A stretch of DNA of 57,706 bases from IMG/VR virus record IMGVR_UViG_3300048014_000022; one strand, given 5' to 3'. Positions within the stretch are counted from its first letter, which is position 1. The number at the start of each line of letters is the position of its first letter. Origin of the DNA: a virus. Both the position numbers and the translations under genes were made by a program. Under the pieces are notes generated by a model, which saw only the letters and a list, made by a program, of their open reading frames with translations, was not told the DNA's origin and made no database searches. Positions 36,031 to 45,642 of the stretch are shown in pieces.

Positions 36031-37903
36031 GATTCATCTCCACTGCGATAGGTAGGTTGGGCATCCAGTCTACCTTCTTTGTCATCTCCGACTCAATAGC
36101 CGGCTTGACTTTTTCGACCAAAGAACTCGGCACCGCGAACACCAACTCGTCATGAACCTGGAGGGCCGCCGGTATGTTCATAGCCGCCAGCCTGGTCTCG
36201 GCGCCCGTAGCAATGATGCGGGCCAGGGCTTGGCAAATGTTCTCCAAGAAGCTGCCGCCCCAGATCCGGTTGCCGTCTTGCCACTCCAGTACGTCGTCGC
36301 TGTCCAGGGCTTTGAACTTGCGCGACCGGAAGTACAATCCCTCTGGGCCGAGCGCGATGTCCGGGTAGGTGATCGGCATTCCGTTGGGCAGGATGATTCG
36401 TTCGTGCACGAACGCCAGGTTGTTCCAGATGTGCATACCCGACGGGTTGACCATGAACCGCCGTGCCAACGAGTCCAGCATATCCCAACACTCTTTGATC
36501 TTGGGGAACGTGGTCCGGTACAAATACACGATACGCCGGGCTTCCGTGGCGTCCATATCGATGCCTTCTTCCAGCATCTTTGCCAGGAACTTCTTCCAGC
36601 CCATGCCGTAGCCGAGACCCAATATACAAGTCTTGCCGACGAACCGTTCGGTCGGGTGATCCTTCTTGTTGACCGGGTACCCATAGATCAGGCTCGCGAA
36701 CCAGGAATAAATATCCTCGCCGCGTGCGAACTTCTCTACGAGATCCCACTGCCCTGCGAGCGTCGCGACTAGGCGGGCTTCGATGTTAGAGAAGTCGGCG
36801 GCTACTATCGAGTAGCCATCCTGCGCAACCAGCGCAAAGCGTAAGTGTCCCTTCTTCAGCTTCTTCGTAGCCTTGTCCCATTCGACACGAGGTAAGTTCT
36901 GGAGATTTATCTTCTCGTCGCCCGAGAAGCGGCCCGTGTGCGCTCCATAGTAAACCATCGGAACAGGGAGTAGTCCATCCATAGTGTTGTGCAAATCTAA
37001 TAATCTTCGCAGTCTCGCCTGCTCCAAGCTCGACGACATGATAAGTTTTGCGCGACATAGTTCTCTCACTGCCGGGTTCGGATGAATCAACATGTCCTTC
37101 ATGCCAGGATCGTTCTTGGCAAATGCGTAGGTCGGCTTGCCTTTCGGGTTCAGCTTCATCGGCACTTCGACGTTGAGGCTCTCAAGAACCTTGGCGAACT
37201 TGTCGCGAGACTTGAGTTGATCAACGGCCACGCCATACTTGCTCTCGATCCTGGTGAGTAACTCATGGCGCTCAGCGTCAAGAGCGTGCAGCCTCTCGAC
37301 CAGCTTGGCGCCATCTAGTCTGAGCCGGGGCCGCAGGTATTTTTTGATCGTAGCGTCGACGATCTGCTGTTCTTCTTGAGGCAGAATCCTGTTCAGATGC
37401 TCGGCGATCCCCCACGCGATCTCGGTGTCGACGCAGCAGTACGCTCCGTACTCGGCAAGTTCCTCAGGAACAAGTTGGTCCCGGTGCTTGCCCATCATTT
37501 TGAGTACGGTCTTGCCCTTGGCCTGTAGCTTTAGATGCGTACCAATAGCATCGAGAGACGCGCTGCCAGTATGCGGCACAAAATGCGGCCGTGATCCGAC
37601 CATAGTGCATAGATACGCAGCAGGCTTAAAGCCAAAACGCCACTCAAGAATACTACCGTCAAACCTAGCGTTATGAGAGACCACGCGTATACGGTTCCAA
37701 GGTAGCGTCGCCAAGATTTTCTTCTGTTCATCGTAGCTCCCTGTGAAGAACTTCGCGGGCTGGCCGCCTGTCTTAAGTGAGAACCCCATCGACTCGAACC
37801 GTGGGTCCATGACGTACTGAGCGTTCTCTAGTTTTTTGAGAGAGTACTCTTGGTCGTAGTAAGACTCGAAGTCCAGCCCGAGGTCGATCAGGGGTTGTGT
37901 CAT
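36002..37903 (-). CDS. Family A DNA polymerase with a 3'-5' proofreading domain
   Basis: The exonuclease motifs are 'LDFESYY', 'HNARFDGSIL' and 'YCCVDTEI'. Polymerase motif A is 'ADFSNIEARLVA', motif B is 'RFVGKTCILGLGYGMG' and motif C is 'LQVHDELVF'. Confidence 0.9.
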   Translation of the reverse strand: MTQPLIDLGLDFESYYDQEYSLKKLENAQYVMDPRFESMGFSLKTGGQPAKFFTGSYDEQKKILATLPWNRIRVVSHNARFDGSILEWRFGFKPAAYLCTMVGSRPHFVPHTGSASLDAIGTHLKLQAKGKTVLKMMGKHRDQLVPEELAEYGAYCCVDTEIAWGIAEHLNRILPQEEQQIVDATIKKYLRPRLRLDGAKLVERLHALDAERHELLTRIESKYGVAVDQLKSRDKFAKVLESLNVEVPMKLNPKGKPTYAFAKNDPGMKDMLIHPNPAVRELCRAKLIMSSSLEQARLRRLLDLHNTMDGLLPVPMVYYGAHTGRFSGDEKINLQNLPRVEWDKATKKLKKGHLRFALVAQDGYSIVAADFSNIEARLVATLAGQWDLVEKFARGEDIYSWFASLIYGYPVNKKDHPTERFVGKTCILGLGYGMGWKKFLAKMLEEGIDMDATEARRIVYLYRTTFPKIKECWDMLDSLARRFMVNPSGMHIWNNLAFVHERIILPNGMPITYPDIALGPEGLYFRSRKFKALDSDDVLEWQDGNRIWGGSFLENICQALARIIATGAETRLAAMNIPAALQVHDELVFAVPSSLVEKVKPAIESEMTKKVDWMPNLPIAVEMNHGASYGDAK

Positions 37904-38142
37904 GGCGCGGGCTTCACCTTCCGGTTCATCAAGTTGCTGGCGCGTAGATCGTCCAACAGCCCACGCAGCACAGCACAGGAAATCGGGTCAGCTTTGCTGG
38001 CGTCCAAGATGATTTCAAGGTGCATCGCATAGAAGAAAGCGTTGTCGCCACGGATGAACGTGCCGGGCCGGTCATCACCGAACTGCACCGGCCCGGTTTC
38101 GACGCGCGTCTCGACAGCGGGCAGCTTGCGAATGTCGCTCAT
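37900..38142 (-). CDS. Hypothetical protein
   Basis: It is 80 aa with a GGTGA RBS and an ATGA overlap with the polymerase start. Confidence 0.55.
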   Translation of the reverse strand: MSDIRKLPAVETRVETGPVQFGDDRPGTFIRGDNAFFYAMHLEIILDASKADPISCAVLRGLLDDLRASNLMNRKVKPAP

Positions 38143-38175
38143 GTAGGCTCACCTATCCGGTTCACAGTTGCGTCA

Positions 38176-38388
38176 CTATCTTTGAATCTTGCCACGTCTC
38201 GGTACTCCTCTCCAGCCGCCACGCTTTTTGTGGGACCGGGGTTTGTCAGTTGGTATGCCTTTGAGTTGGCACGATATGATCTCTAGGATCGCTTTGTGGC
38301 CGCGCATTTTACTCGCCGCAGGGATCAAAGCAATCTGCGCGTCCAGTTCTTCTGGCGAGTAGCGGTCCCGCTTACGCCCACTCTGCAT
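38176..38388 (-). CDS. Hypothetical basic protein (weak)
   Basis: It is about 70 aa with no clear RBS. The start could be ATG 38388 or TTG 38412. Confidence 0.35.
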   Translation of the reverse strand: MQSGRKRDRYSPEELDAQIALIPAASKMRGHKAILEIISCQLKGIPTDKPRSHKKRGGWRGVPRRGKIQR

Positions 38389-39193
38389 AGCGAGACCACG
38401 TGGCGTAGTCAAGATACTGCACTGTGGTTTCTGCCAACGCGGGTTTGTTGAGGCCAGACAGTAAGTGCCCTTTGCTGACTTGCAATAACATCTTGTCGAT
38501 GTTTTCTTTGGGATAGGGCGCCCACTCGAACGGGACGGTTGACGAGCGTTTTTGTTCTTCGAACGCTTCGCGCTGTGCTTGCGGCAGATACTGCATCAGG
38601 TCCGGCACCATGCGTTTGATCTGGCCGGCGGTCTTCGCCATCGTGAATATATCCGTGAGCGTACGGCTGGCAAGCCGTAACTCGTCATACATTTCGGCTG
38701 TCATGTTCATCCACTCGATGAACTCCATGCCCTTATCGGCGCCCAAGTGATGGCAAATATGCCCAGGAGTCAAGTGCAGCGTCGCGTGCTTGGAGGTAGA
38801 GTTTTTGCACAGCGTCACCCACTTCACGATGTCGGTATTTCTGCGGATATCTGGGATAAACCCAAAGCATTGCTGTATGTGCCCTTGCGCAGCGCGTGCA
38901 TTGTCGACCGGCCCAATAGAATCTATCTGGATCAGCGCACTGACAGCCCGCGTGCCCTGTGTGACTGTCAGTCGGGGAGAGGTATCGATTCCCGAACCAC
39001 CCGGAACGATGCCAAACTTAGCGAGTTTCCTATACCCCTCGGTTAGCTCAGTCGGGAACTGCCCGTTCCACATGTTCACGAACTGCTCGCGGTCTTTCAG
39101 TGGAAACTCCACGAACCTGACCACGTTATCAAGCAGGCCCCGAAGTTGACTGAGGGATTCTTCTTTGGCGCTGTTACTTAGTCGCGTTGTCAT
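38372..39193 (-). CDS. Hypothetical protein
   Basis: It is 273 aa from ATG 39193 after an AGGAG. The longer 39232 start overlaps the upstream gene by 59 nt. No domain was recognised. Confidence 0.55.
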   Translation of the reverse strand: MTTRLSNSAKEESLSQLRGLLDNVVRFVEFPLKDREQFVNMWNGQFPTELTEGYRKLAKFGIVPGGSGIDTSPRLTVTQGTRAVSALIQIDSIGPVDNARAAQGHIQQCFGFIPDIRRNTDIVKWVTLCKNSTSKHATLHLTPGHICHHLGADKGMEFIEWMNMTAEMYDELRLASRTLTDIFTMAKTAGQIKRMVPDLMQYLPQAQREAFEEQKRSSTVPFEWAPYPKENIDKMLLQVSKGHLLSGLNKPALAETTVQYLDYATWSRYAEWA

Positions 39194-39479
39194 CGGCGCG
39201 GATCTCCTGTTTGGTGTCCATGTTCTCGACAACGGCTTCGACGCCGGCGGCCTTCAGGTTGTTCATGAGTTCCTTCACGAACTTGTTCATGTCCAAGTCG
39301 GGCAGGCGCTCATGAATCATGTGCATCATGATGGCGTTGATCTTGGACGTGGCCTCGCCCGCTGCGCGGGCGAGATTGTTGAAGGCCCGACGTGCGCGCT
39401 TTCTTTCATAGTGCTTGCCGGTCAGATACCCCGCGCCCGACGACAAGAACACTGCCAACACAAAGTCAATCTCGTTCAT
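39174..39479 (-). CDS. N-terminally membrane-anchored hypothetical protein
   Basis: It is 101 aa. 'IDFVLAVFLSSGAGYL' is a TM segment followed by a helical charged region. Confidence 0.5.
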   Translation of the reverse strand: MNEIDFVLAVFLSSGAGYLTGKHYERKRARRAFNNLARAAGEATSKINAIMMHMIHERLPDLDMNKFVKELMNNLKAAGVEAVVENMDTKQEIRADDNATK

Positions 39480-39594
39480 GTATATCTCCTAGTAAGAACT
39501 CTGATACCAAGCCTATCAAGACAGCCCCCAAAGCCACCCCGTCATTGTTCGTAACGATGGCGACCACGGCGATGCAGGACAACGCTGTTCTCAT
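39466..39594 (-). CDS. Small hydrophobic peptide (42 aa). It is not in the ORF track because it is under 60 aa.
   Basis: ATG 39594 overlaps the VWA gene stop (ATGA) and its own stop overlaps the next start. The sequence is 'MRTALSCIAVVAIVTNNDGVALGAVLIGLV...'. Confidence 0.4.
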   Translation of the reverse strand: MRTALSCIAVVAIVTNNDGVALGAVLIGLVSEFLLGDIHERD

Positions 39595-40784
39595 GCGGCC
39601 CCCCGCTTGATGTCCACATGGACCGTCACGCCCCACGGCGCTTCATTGTCGGTCGTCATGCACCAGACCGTAGGAATCCCAGTGTCCTCGCCGAAAGGAG
39701 TATACCCATCCGTGAACACCACGAAGGTCTCGATTGGAAGTTGCTGCTCCGCAGCCTCGGTGAACCCGACAGTCATGTCGGTGCCGCCTCCGCCGCCCGC
39801 TTGCTGTCCAAGCTCTTGCAGTTGGTTCACATCGTCGATCTCGATGAACACGCCGTTGTGTAGCCGGTCATCCACGTAGCCCACGTGGACCATCTCCGGC
39901 TCCAGGTCGGTAAGAATCCCGCCAAGCTCGCCCAGGAACGCCTGAAGCTCGTCCTGCCCGATGGACCCCGACGTGTCGATGATCACGCCGATATGCGGGC
40001 CTTTGAATCCTGCGCGCCCCGGGAAGTACACATGAGGAGGCGTGGCTAGCTTGCGCCGGTTGGGCCTGGACCACGTATGCGTGTCGCGGCCACGAGTCAG
40101 GTTGGTCATGGCCTTCCTGAGATGTTCGTGCCAAGGTATCTGCGGGTCGCAGATCTCGTCGATCATACGCTGCGCGCCGCTCGGCAAGTCCTTGCCCTGC
40201 ATCTTGCTGATCTCGGCAGCCTTGGTCAGCGACGCCTGGAGCATGGCCTTGTCGACTTGGGTCCCCTGGGGCTGTGGCAAGTGGTCGTCGAAGTTGTCTT
40301 TGTCATCGTCGTCTGGAAGCTTCAAATACACTTCGTCGACAATGTCATCGCCCGTTACCTGGGAGTTTTGCAGCGTGCCCAGCGGTAGCTTGAACCCGGC
40401 CTGTGTGAGATACGCATTGATGATGTAGTCGCAGGCTTGATTGAACTTCTTGGGAGAGAAAGTTTTCAAGTCGGGTCCAAGACCCAGCGACCTGTACATG
40501 CTCAAGCGAGAGTTGTGCTGCAAGATTGTGTGCATGACTTCGTGAGCCAGGACACCCACACGCTCGTGGATGTTTAATTTCCCGAACTCGTCCGGGTTGA
40601 TCCAGAGAGTCCTGCCGTCAGTGGCAGAAGTCTTCATGGCCGTGTTTTCACCCGGCACGGTCCGGGTTTCCTCGATGTTCATCAAGTCCAATACGAGGCT
40701 GGCAAAGAATGGCTGCTGGACCAGCAGGGCTGAGATAGCTTCCGTCACGCACTGAGATCGTGCGGCGGGCTGCTTTTGGTTCAT
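39591..40784 (-). CDS. VWA-domain protein with an N-terminal zincin-like metallopeptidase domain (DUF2201-type)
   Basis: It has 'VGVLAHEVMHTILQH' (HExxH). The VWA MIDAS motif is 'VIIDTSGSIG', and 'GGGGTDM' and 'VVFTDGY' are also present. Confidence 0.8.
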   Translation of the reverse strand: MNQKQPAARSQCVTEAISALLVQQPFFASLVLDLMNIEETRTVPGENTAMKTSATDGRTLWINPDEFGKLNIHERVGVLAHEVMHTILQHNSRLSMYRSLGLGPDLKTFSPKKFNQACDYIINAYLTQAGFKLPLGTLQNSQVTGDDIVDEVYLKLPDDDDKDNFDDHLPQPQGTQVDKAMLQASLTKAAEISKMQGKDLPSGAQRMIDEICDPQIPWHEHLRKAMTNLTRGRDTHTWSRPNRRKLATPPHVYFPGRAGFKGPHIGVIIDTSGSIGQDELQAFLGELGGILTDLEPEMVHVGYVDDRLHNGVFIEIDDVNQLQELGQQAGGGGGTDMTVGFTEAAEQQLPIETFVVFTDGYTPFGEDTGIPTVWCMTTDNEAPWGVTVHVDIKRGAA

Positions 40785-40799
40785 CTACTTCTCCTTGGG

Positions 40800-41075
40800 T
40801 TATATCGCAAAGCGCGATAGTTTCTTGGCGCGAATATTCCCTTCGTTGACCAGCATCGTCCGGCCTGACCCGTCATGGAACAGGCACCAACGATACAGTC
40901 GGCCGTCTTTTTCCTCGGTGATCGTTGTCCGAGAGATCCTGACACCACGCACGAAGTATTCATGCGTCGTATCTTTGTAGGCCGGCCCCCACTGCGCGAC
41001 TATTACCCCGATATCTTCAGGGATCTGCGAGTAGCGCAGGGGAGGGCCGAATTTATTATCATCGACTATGGTCAT
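40800..41075 (-). CDS. Hypothetical protein
   Basis: It is 91 aa with an ATGA-type overlap with the upstream gene. Confidence 0.5.
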   Translation of the reverse strand: MTIVDDNKFGPPLRYSQIPEDIGVIVAQWGPAYKDTTHEYFVRGVRISRTTITEEKDGRLYRWCLFHDGSGRTMLVNEGNIRAKKLSRFAI

Positions 41076-41311
41076 GTGGTCTCCTTCAGCAAGGCAATCA
41101 TCGCGTCGATCTCGGCAAGCTTTTCTTCCGTCATGTTGCCGAACGAGCTTCGGTCGTAGCAGGTATATGTGACGAAGCCATCTCTACGGCGCCATTTCGA
41201 GACGTGGCAAAAAGTCCTGTAACTCCACCCCTCGACGTGACGGCCCTTGAACTTATTCCACAGCTTCCGGTTGACACACGTGTCCCATTTGTATCGCGCT
41301 AAGAAGTTCAC
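41072..41311 (-). CDS. Hypothetical Trp/Cys-rich protein
   Basis: It is 79 aa and is translationally coupled at both ends. Confidence 0.5.
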   Translation of the reverse strand: MNFLARYKWDTCVNRKLWNKFKGRHVEGWSYRTFCHVSKWRRRDGFVTYTCYDRSSFGNMTEEKLAEIDAMIALLKETT

Positions 41312-42225
41312 TTCCAGATCTCCTCAAGGGACGCTTCGACAGCCAAGCGGGCTGCGTCGTCTGCGACTTCAGCGGCCAGTCTGGGATCGTTGCGGTAGGC
41401 TTCGACGGGGCGTTGGAGCAACTGCTTCTCGATGTCATCCGCAAGCTTGGTGAGCTTCGGATTATTATGCAGATTCATTGTTTTGGCAAGCGATACCAAG
41501 TCCTGCATGTTGGTCACGAGACTGTCGTACATGCGAGTTTTTTCACCGTCGCCCTTCTTGCCGAGTTGCTTCGCCATGCGCTGGAGTTCTTCCAGCATCT
41601 TGCCCTTGAGTTCGTCCAGTGCGACACCGGCCTGGATCAAGTTTTGCTCGGCGACACGCTGGCCCAGAGCCTCGGACAACTCTGCGGGCACTGCCACTCG
41701 GGCGAAGTCCGATACAGCCGGCACGGGCCTGAGATCAAAACTTACCGCGAACTTGTCAGGAAGCTCGGCGGCAGTCGGGTACTCGTCGGTTACGCGGGCC
41801 ATGCCTTTGAGATTAACCCTGGCCTGAGCCACGCGCTGGTCCCACACGTCTTGCAACCGTGCCACAGCCTTGTCGTGTTCATGCTTGATCGCGTTGACTT
41901 CCTTCATGAGTTCGAAAGTCTTGGTTGCGGATACCAAACGCTCGCCGCGCTTGGGTCCGACGGTGTTCGCTGAGAACGTCAGCGTTCTCGCATATACCAT
42001 GGCTCTGATCTGATTCTGATGATGGATTACCTCTAGGTACTCCGCATCAGCGTCAGCCAAGAGGTTCTTTACGAAACGTCCGGCGGAGCGCGTTGCCCCG
42101 TTAGCTAGGATCGTATCGTCCGATGCCTGGCGGTCTGTTTTCTTACTGCCCCATGACTTGAGTTCAAGATCCACGAGCATGTAATTACTAGCCAAGGCTT
42201 CGTTTAGCTCACGTGCGTTTGACAT
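41308..42225 (-). CDS. Hypothetical protein, DUF3150-like by context
   Basis: It is 305 aa and helical. It sits between the AAA+ ATPase and the VWA protein, as DUF3150 does in CobS/CobT-like triads. This assignment is from memory. Confidence 0.4.
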   Translation of the reverse strand: MSNARELNEALASNYMLVDLELKSWGSKKTDRQASDDTILANGATRSAGRFVKNLLADADAEYLEVIHHQNQIRAMVYARTLTFSANTVGPKRGERLVSATKTFELMKEVNAIKHEHDKAVARLQDVWDQRVAQARVNLKGMARVTDEYPTAAELPDKFAVSFDLRPVPAVSDFARVAVPAELSEALGQRVAEQNLIQAGVALDELKGKMLEELQRMAKQLGKKGDGEKTRMYDSLVTNMQDLVSLAKTMNLHNNPKLTKLADDIEKQLLQRPVEAYRNDPRLAAEVADDAARLAVEASLEEIWK

Positions 42226-42649
42226 TTGCCTCCTTAAGATAATTAGTTGCTTTCGCCAAACCTGCTAGGGAATCACCTAACAGACCAATGCCGGTGTTGC
42301 AGTTCGAGCATAACCACCCGCGAAACTTCTTCTGTTTGTGGTCGTGATCGTTATGCAATCGCTTTTTGCCGCGTAACAATCCGCAGCATTCGCATCTCAT
42401 CGGCATTGGTCTAGTAGGTGTAGGGTACTTAGACCGCTGATTGTAGTGATACCATTTTAATCTATTTTTCTTGTAGTAGGCACGCGCGGCGGCCCTACAT
42501 GCCGCTTTGTTGCGTTTATAGTATTTGCGCTGGGTCGCGTTTTTCTTTTCGCGGTTGCGGGCCGACCACGCCCGCATCTGGGCTAATTTCTTAGCTTTGA
42601 TGCGGGCGTAGCGGGCTTTGTCATACCGCTTTTTAAGCAGTTTATCCAT
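42209..42649 (-). CDS. HNH / endonuclease VII-family nuclease, a paralogue of 2291..2602
   Basis: 'CECCG...LHNDHDHKQKKFRGWLCSNCNTGIGLLGD'. It has a Lys/Arg-rich N-terminus and visibly lower GC than its neighbours. Confidence 0.8.
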   Translation of the reverse strand: MDKLLKKRYDKARYARIKAKKLAQMRAWSARNREKKNATQRKYYKRNKAACRAAARAYYKKNRLKWYHYNQRSKYPTPTRPMPMRCECCGLLRGKKRLHNDHDHKQKKFRGWLCSNCNTGIGLLGDSLAGLAKATNYLKEANVKRT

Positions 42650-43733
42650 TACTCATATTGATAAGTGCTTTATTCTGGTGGATCCATTTTATCAATGCCG
42701 GCGAATTGAGTAAAGCGGATCCACTCCGCTCCAACAACGACTTCGCCATCGACACTTGGACTTCCTTGGGCAGCCGCTCGGTGTACTGCCACAACTTGTC
42801 GATGTTGCTACCCTTGGCATAGTGGATGCACATCTGGCCCGCCGCCCAGCCCGCCGAGAGATCCTTCGGACACTTGGCCGCCTTCGGATCCGCGACGATC
42901 TCGTCCAGCGTGGGAAGCTGGTCGTGGATCTTCAGGAACCCGAACATGTCGGCCGCCGCACCCTCACCGATATCACCCATCACGGCCTGCTGCACCAGCG
43001 AGTCACTGGGCAATTCCATCTCTGTGATCCTGCCTTCCGCATCGCGGGCTAGGCCCACTTGCAGAACCTTGGCAGCACGAGTCACAGACCGCGCCGTCGC
43101 GAACGGCCGGTCGGTCGCCGGCACCTCGTTGACGAACGCAACGGTCGGATGCTGCTTCGCCCAGGCGATGATCAGCGGGTGAATCCCGTTGGCCTCCGCC
43201 CAGATCGACCATGATAAAGCATCGTTCTCGATGTTGATCTCGGTCACTCGGTTACGGACGTGCGACGGCTGTCGCACGACACCGGCGCGGTCGGACATGC
43301 GATTACTCGCACACCAGACTTGCCAACCGTCGGGCAGCTTCTCGTTGCCGAACCGCTTGTCCAACAACACTGGGGCCAGGGCTTTCTGCGTGAGCATCTC
43401 CGCAGATGACAATTCATCTACGAAGTAAATACCACGCGGATGCTTCTCCAGATATTCTTTGGACGGAAGCTCGGGCGAACGGGTGAACGCCGAACCCGCT
43501 GTGCCGTCGGGATTCTTGATGGGCAGCAGAAATCCCTTGTAGTCCGGCGCATCCAGCGCCGGGGCCAAAGAATCGTGAAAACCAAACTGCTCGCCATACT
43601 GCGCGGACAGTTGCTTCACGATCTCGTGCTGAACGACCTGCGTCTTGCCACAACCCGGCGGGCCTACCAGGCTCACCGTATTGCCAGCCTCATACAGACG
43701 CGGAGCCAGCTTCACTAGATCGAGTATTCGCAT
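42642..43733 (-). CDS. AAA+ ATPase (MoxR/CobS-like, AAA_5-type)
   Basis: The Walker A is 'LVGPPGCGKT' and the Walker B is 'IYFVDELS'. It is 363 aa. Confidence 0.8.
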   Translation of the reverse strand: MRILDLVKLAPRLYEAGNTVSLVGPPGCGKTQVVQHEIVKQLSAQYGEQFGFHDSLAPALDAPDYKGFLLPIKNPDGTAGSAFTRSPELPSKEYLEKHPRGIYFVDELSSAEMLTQKALAPVLLDKRFGNEKLPDGWQVWCASNRMSDRAGVVRQPSHVRNRVTEINIENDALSWSIWAEANGIHPLIIAWAKQHPTVAFVNEVPATDRPFATARSVTRAAKVLQVGLARDAEGRITEMELPSDSLVQQAVMGDIGEGAAADMFGFLKIHDQLPTLDEIVADPKAAKCPKDLSAGWAAGQMCIHYAKGSNIDKLWQYTERLPKEVQVSMAKSLLERSGSALLNSPALIKWIHQNKALINMSNG

Positions 43734-44142
43734 TCATCGTCTCCTTTGTAAACAACATATGAAGTTTTATCACTCTCGCCAAAAATTCTTCCCGGGTCGC
43801 GTATTTGTTCTCTATGGTTCGTAGATAATGTCTCAACGCTCCCGGCACGCCGCGATTCAAAACGACACCGTAGACGGGGCTGTTCGGCATATTCCAGTAG
43901 CCACTCTGTAGCGGTGGCACCCAACGTTTCCAATCACCAGGCCAAGTCTTGAGGACGCCCATGTGGTACATCGCAGTAAGGAACTCGGCGCTGAGCGGTT
44001 CATGGCACACCCACGGTAAGCACGGCCAGAACGGAAGCGTCACACCGGTCTTGGCATCATACCCCCACGAGTGGAACCAGTACCGAAACTCGCCGTTATT
44101 GTTGCGCCATTCTTTCCACGGATCATCCTTCTTTGAGGTCAC
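43690..44142 (-). CDS. Hypothetical Trp-rich protein
   Basis: It is 150 aa with 12 Trp. No domain was recognised. Confidence 0.5.
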   Translation of the reverse strand: MTSKKDDPWKEWRNNNGEFRYWFHSWGYDAKTGVTLPFWPCLPWVCHEPLSAEFLTAMYHMGVLKTWPGDWKRWVPPLQSGYWNMPNSPVYGVVLNRGVPGALRHYLRTIENKYATREEFLARVIKLHMLFTKETMNANTRSSEAGSASV

Positions 44143-44353
44143 GATTGCACGACTCGATGAACGTAAACTCTTTGAACTTGGGATTGTCCTGCTTGAACAT
44201 CTTGCTCATGGCAAGGGTCATAACAGCAAGCTCGTCGAGTCGCGTAACGCCTTCTGTGTGCGTTGGTTCGCTAGCGCCCCAAGTTTGTTTGACTTTGACG
44301 CGGCGCTGATGGATCAGGTCCGCCATAGCTACATAGTGCTGTTGCGTGAACAT
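44123..44353 (-). CDS. Hypothetical protein
   Basis: It is 76 aa from ATG 44353, after an AAAGGAAA RBS. Confidence 0.5.
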   Translation of the reverse strand: MFTQQHYVAMADLIHQRRVKVKQTWGASEPTHTEGVTRLDELAVMTLAMSKMFKQDNPKFKEFTFIESCNRDLKEG

Positions 44354-44430
44354 AGGTTTCCTTTTACGTGTGAGAAAAGTCGGTCGAATCCAGAGCATTC
44401 CCAGTGATCGCTGCATGATTCGACGCGGCG

Positions 44431-44814
44431 TCAGTGCCTGGGGCTAAGTAATCCCAGCAATCTCGTCACCATCTCCTGGGGAGTCTGGTTTTGTGCCCAT
44501 GAGTATCCTTCCAGTGCCAACTGGTGGCGAAGGTTTTCGGTGATGTATTCTTTGGCTTCGACCCAGCCGAACGCATAGGCCAAGGTGTTCTGCATGTTGT
44601 CCGGCAGCTTGATCCCGCCAGTGGCTATTCTGGTGGCCCGCGCTCGAACGTCGGTCCACATGGCGTCTACTGCGTCTATATACCGGCTGTGCCAAGTGTT
44701 GTTCTGTATCCCAGCGAAGCGGTAGGTGAAGATGCTACGGCCTGTTTCGTCTTGCTGGGTGACTAGCTCGTACCCGACCGGGAGAATGATCGGGCGATTC
44801 GAAGGTGCTTTCAT
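44431..44814 (-). CDS. Hypothetical protein
   Basis: It is 127 aa from ATG 44814, after a CAAGGAGA RBS. Confidence 0.55.
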   Translation of the reverse strand: MKAPSNRPIILPVGYELVTQQDETGRSIFTYRFAGIQNNTWHSRYIDAVDAMWTDVRARATRIATGGIKLPDNMQNTLAYAFGWVEAKEYITENLRHQLALEGYSWAQNQTPQEMVTRLLGLLSPRH

Positions 44815-44934
44815 CGCGTCTCCTTGAGGGATGATTCTGAGGGATGGTCTGGTTGCCCAAACCATCCGACGCAATCATACACTTAAGGCACTCCGCGTAA
44901 AGCATTTGTTCCTAGAGGAACATCGCGGTTTTAC

Positions 44935-45642
44935 TTATGCTGCTCGCCTCAAGTGTGTTGCCATTTGATGGATGACCCCCGTTGCTGTATGGTCCAGCGA
45001 CGTACGAAGTTCGCCACCATCGATACCAAGATCATCGAAGCCTCTGCTCAACGCGATGATCACGTCATGCAGTGCATCGATAGCTGCTTGCCGATCCGTC
45101 TTGGCCGCTACCAAAACCTGCTCCAAGATCTTCTCGGTCGCGCTGATCAACTTGCGCTTGCCCAGTTGCTGCGTCGCCGACATTTCGCGACGGGGCGTTT
45201 GCTCGTACATGGTCATCTTGTTGGCGTGTTTCGCCACCACGTCTTTCAACGTGTGCCGACCCCGTACCATCCAGTTGCGCAGCGTGCTGTACGAGGATCT
45301 CGCAAACGCGCAGCGGGCGTTGACGATCACGTTTTTCTCCCGCTTGTCGTCCGGCGACACAGGCAGTTGCCGCACGGTCTCGGTCATGGCCTTGTAAAAG
45401 CCCTCGTGGAGCTTGTCCACGACTTTTACATGCTCGGCTATGGTCTCGTCCGTCACCAGGCGGCGACCACGTAGACTCGTTATGTCAAGATTCAGTTGCT
45501 GCTGCGCGCTGGCTATGAGAATCTTCAAATAGACTTCTCGGGTAGTGCTGATCAAGTCGCCCGCCCCGCAGCGGGCTTTGATCAACTCTACTACGTCTTG
45601 CTCTGTCGCAACGTAGTTGCGAGCTTCGATTGAACCGATCAT
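44935..45642 (-). CDS. Hypothetical protein
   Basis: It is 235 aa with an AAGGAG RBS. A palindrome lies just upstream. Confidence 0.6.
   Translation of the reverse strand: MIGSIEARNYVATEQDVVELIKARCGAGDLISTTREVYLKILIASAQQQLNLDITSLRGRRLVTDETIAEHVKVVDKLHEGFYKAMTETVRQLPVSPDDKREKNVIVNARCAFARSSYSTLRNWMVRGRHTLKDVVAKHANKMTMYEQTPRREMSATQQLGKRKLISATEKILEQVLVAAKTDRQAAIDALHDVIIALSRGFDDLGIDGGELRTSLDHTATGVIHQMATHLRRAA

Noticed and set aside
39868-39879. A 'YVDD' tetrapeptide that could suggest a reverse transcriptase or a diversity-generating retroelement, given the repetitive fibre and Gly-X loci.
   Set aside because: It lies in the VWA domain of a protein with MIDAS and HExxH motifs. No RT motifs 1-7, no template/variable repeat pair and no other RT-like ORF are present.
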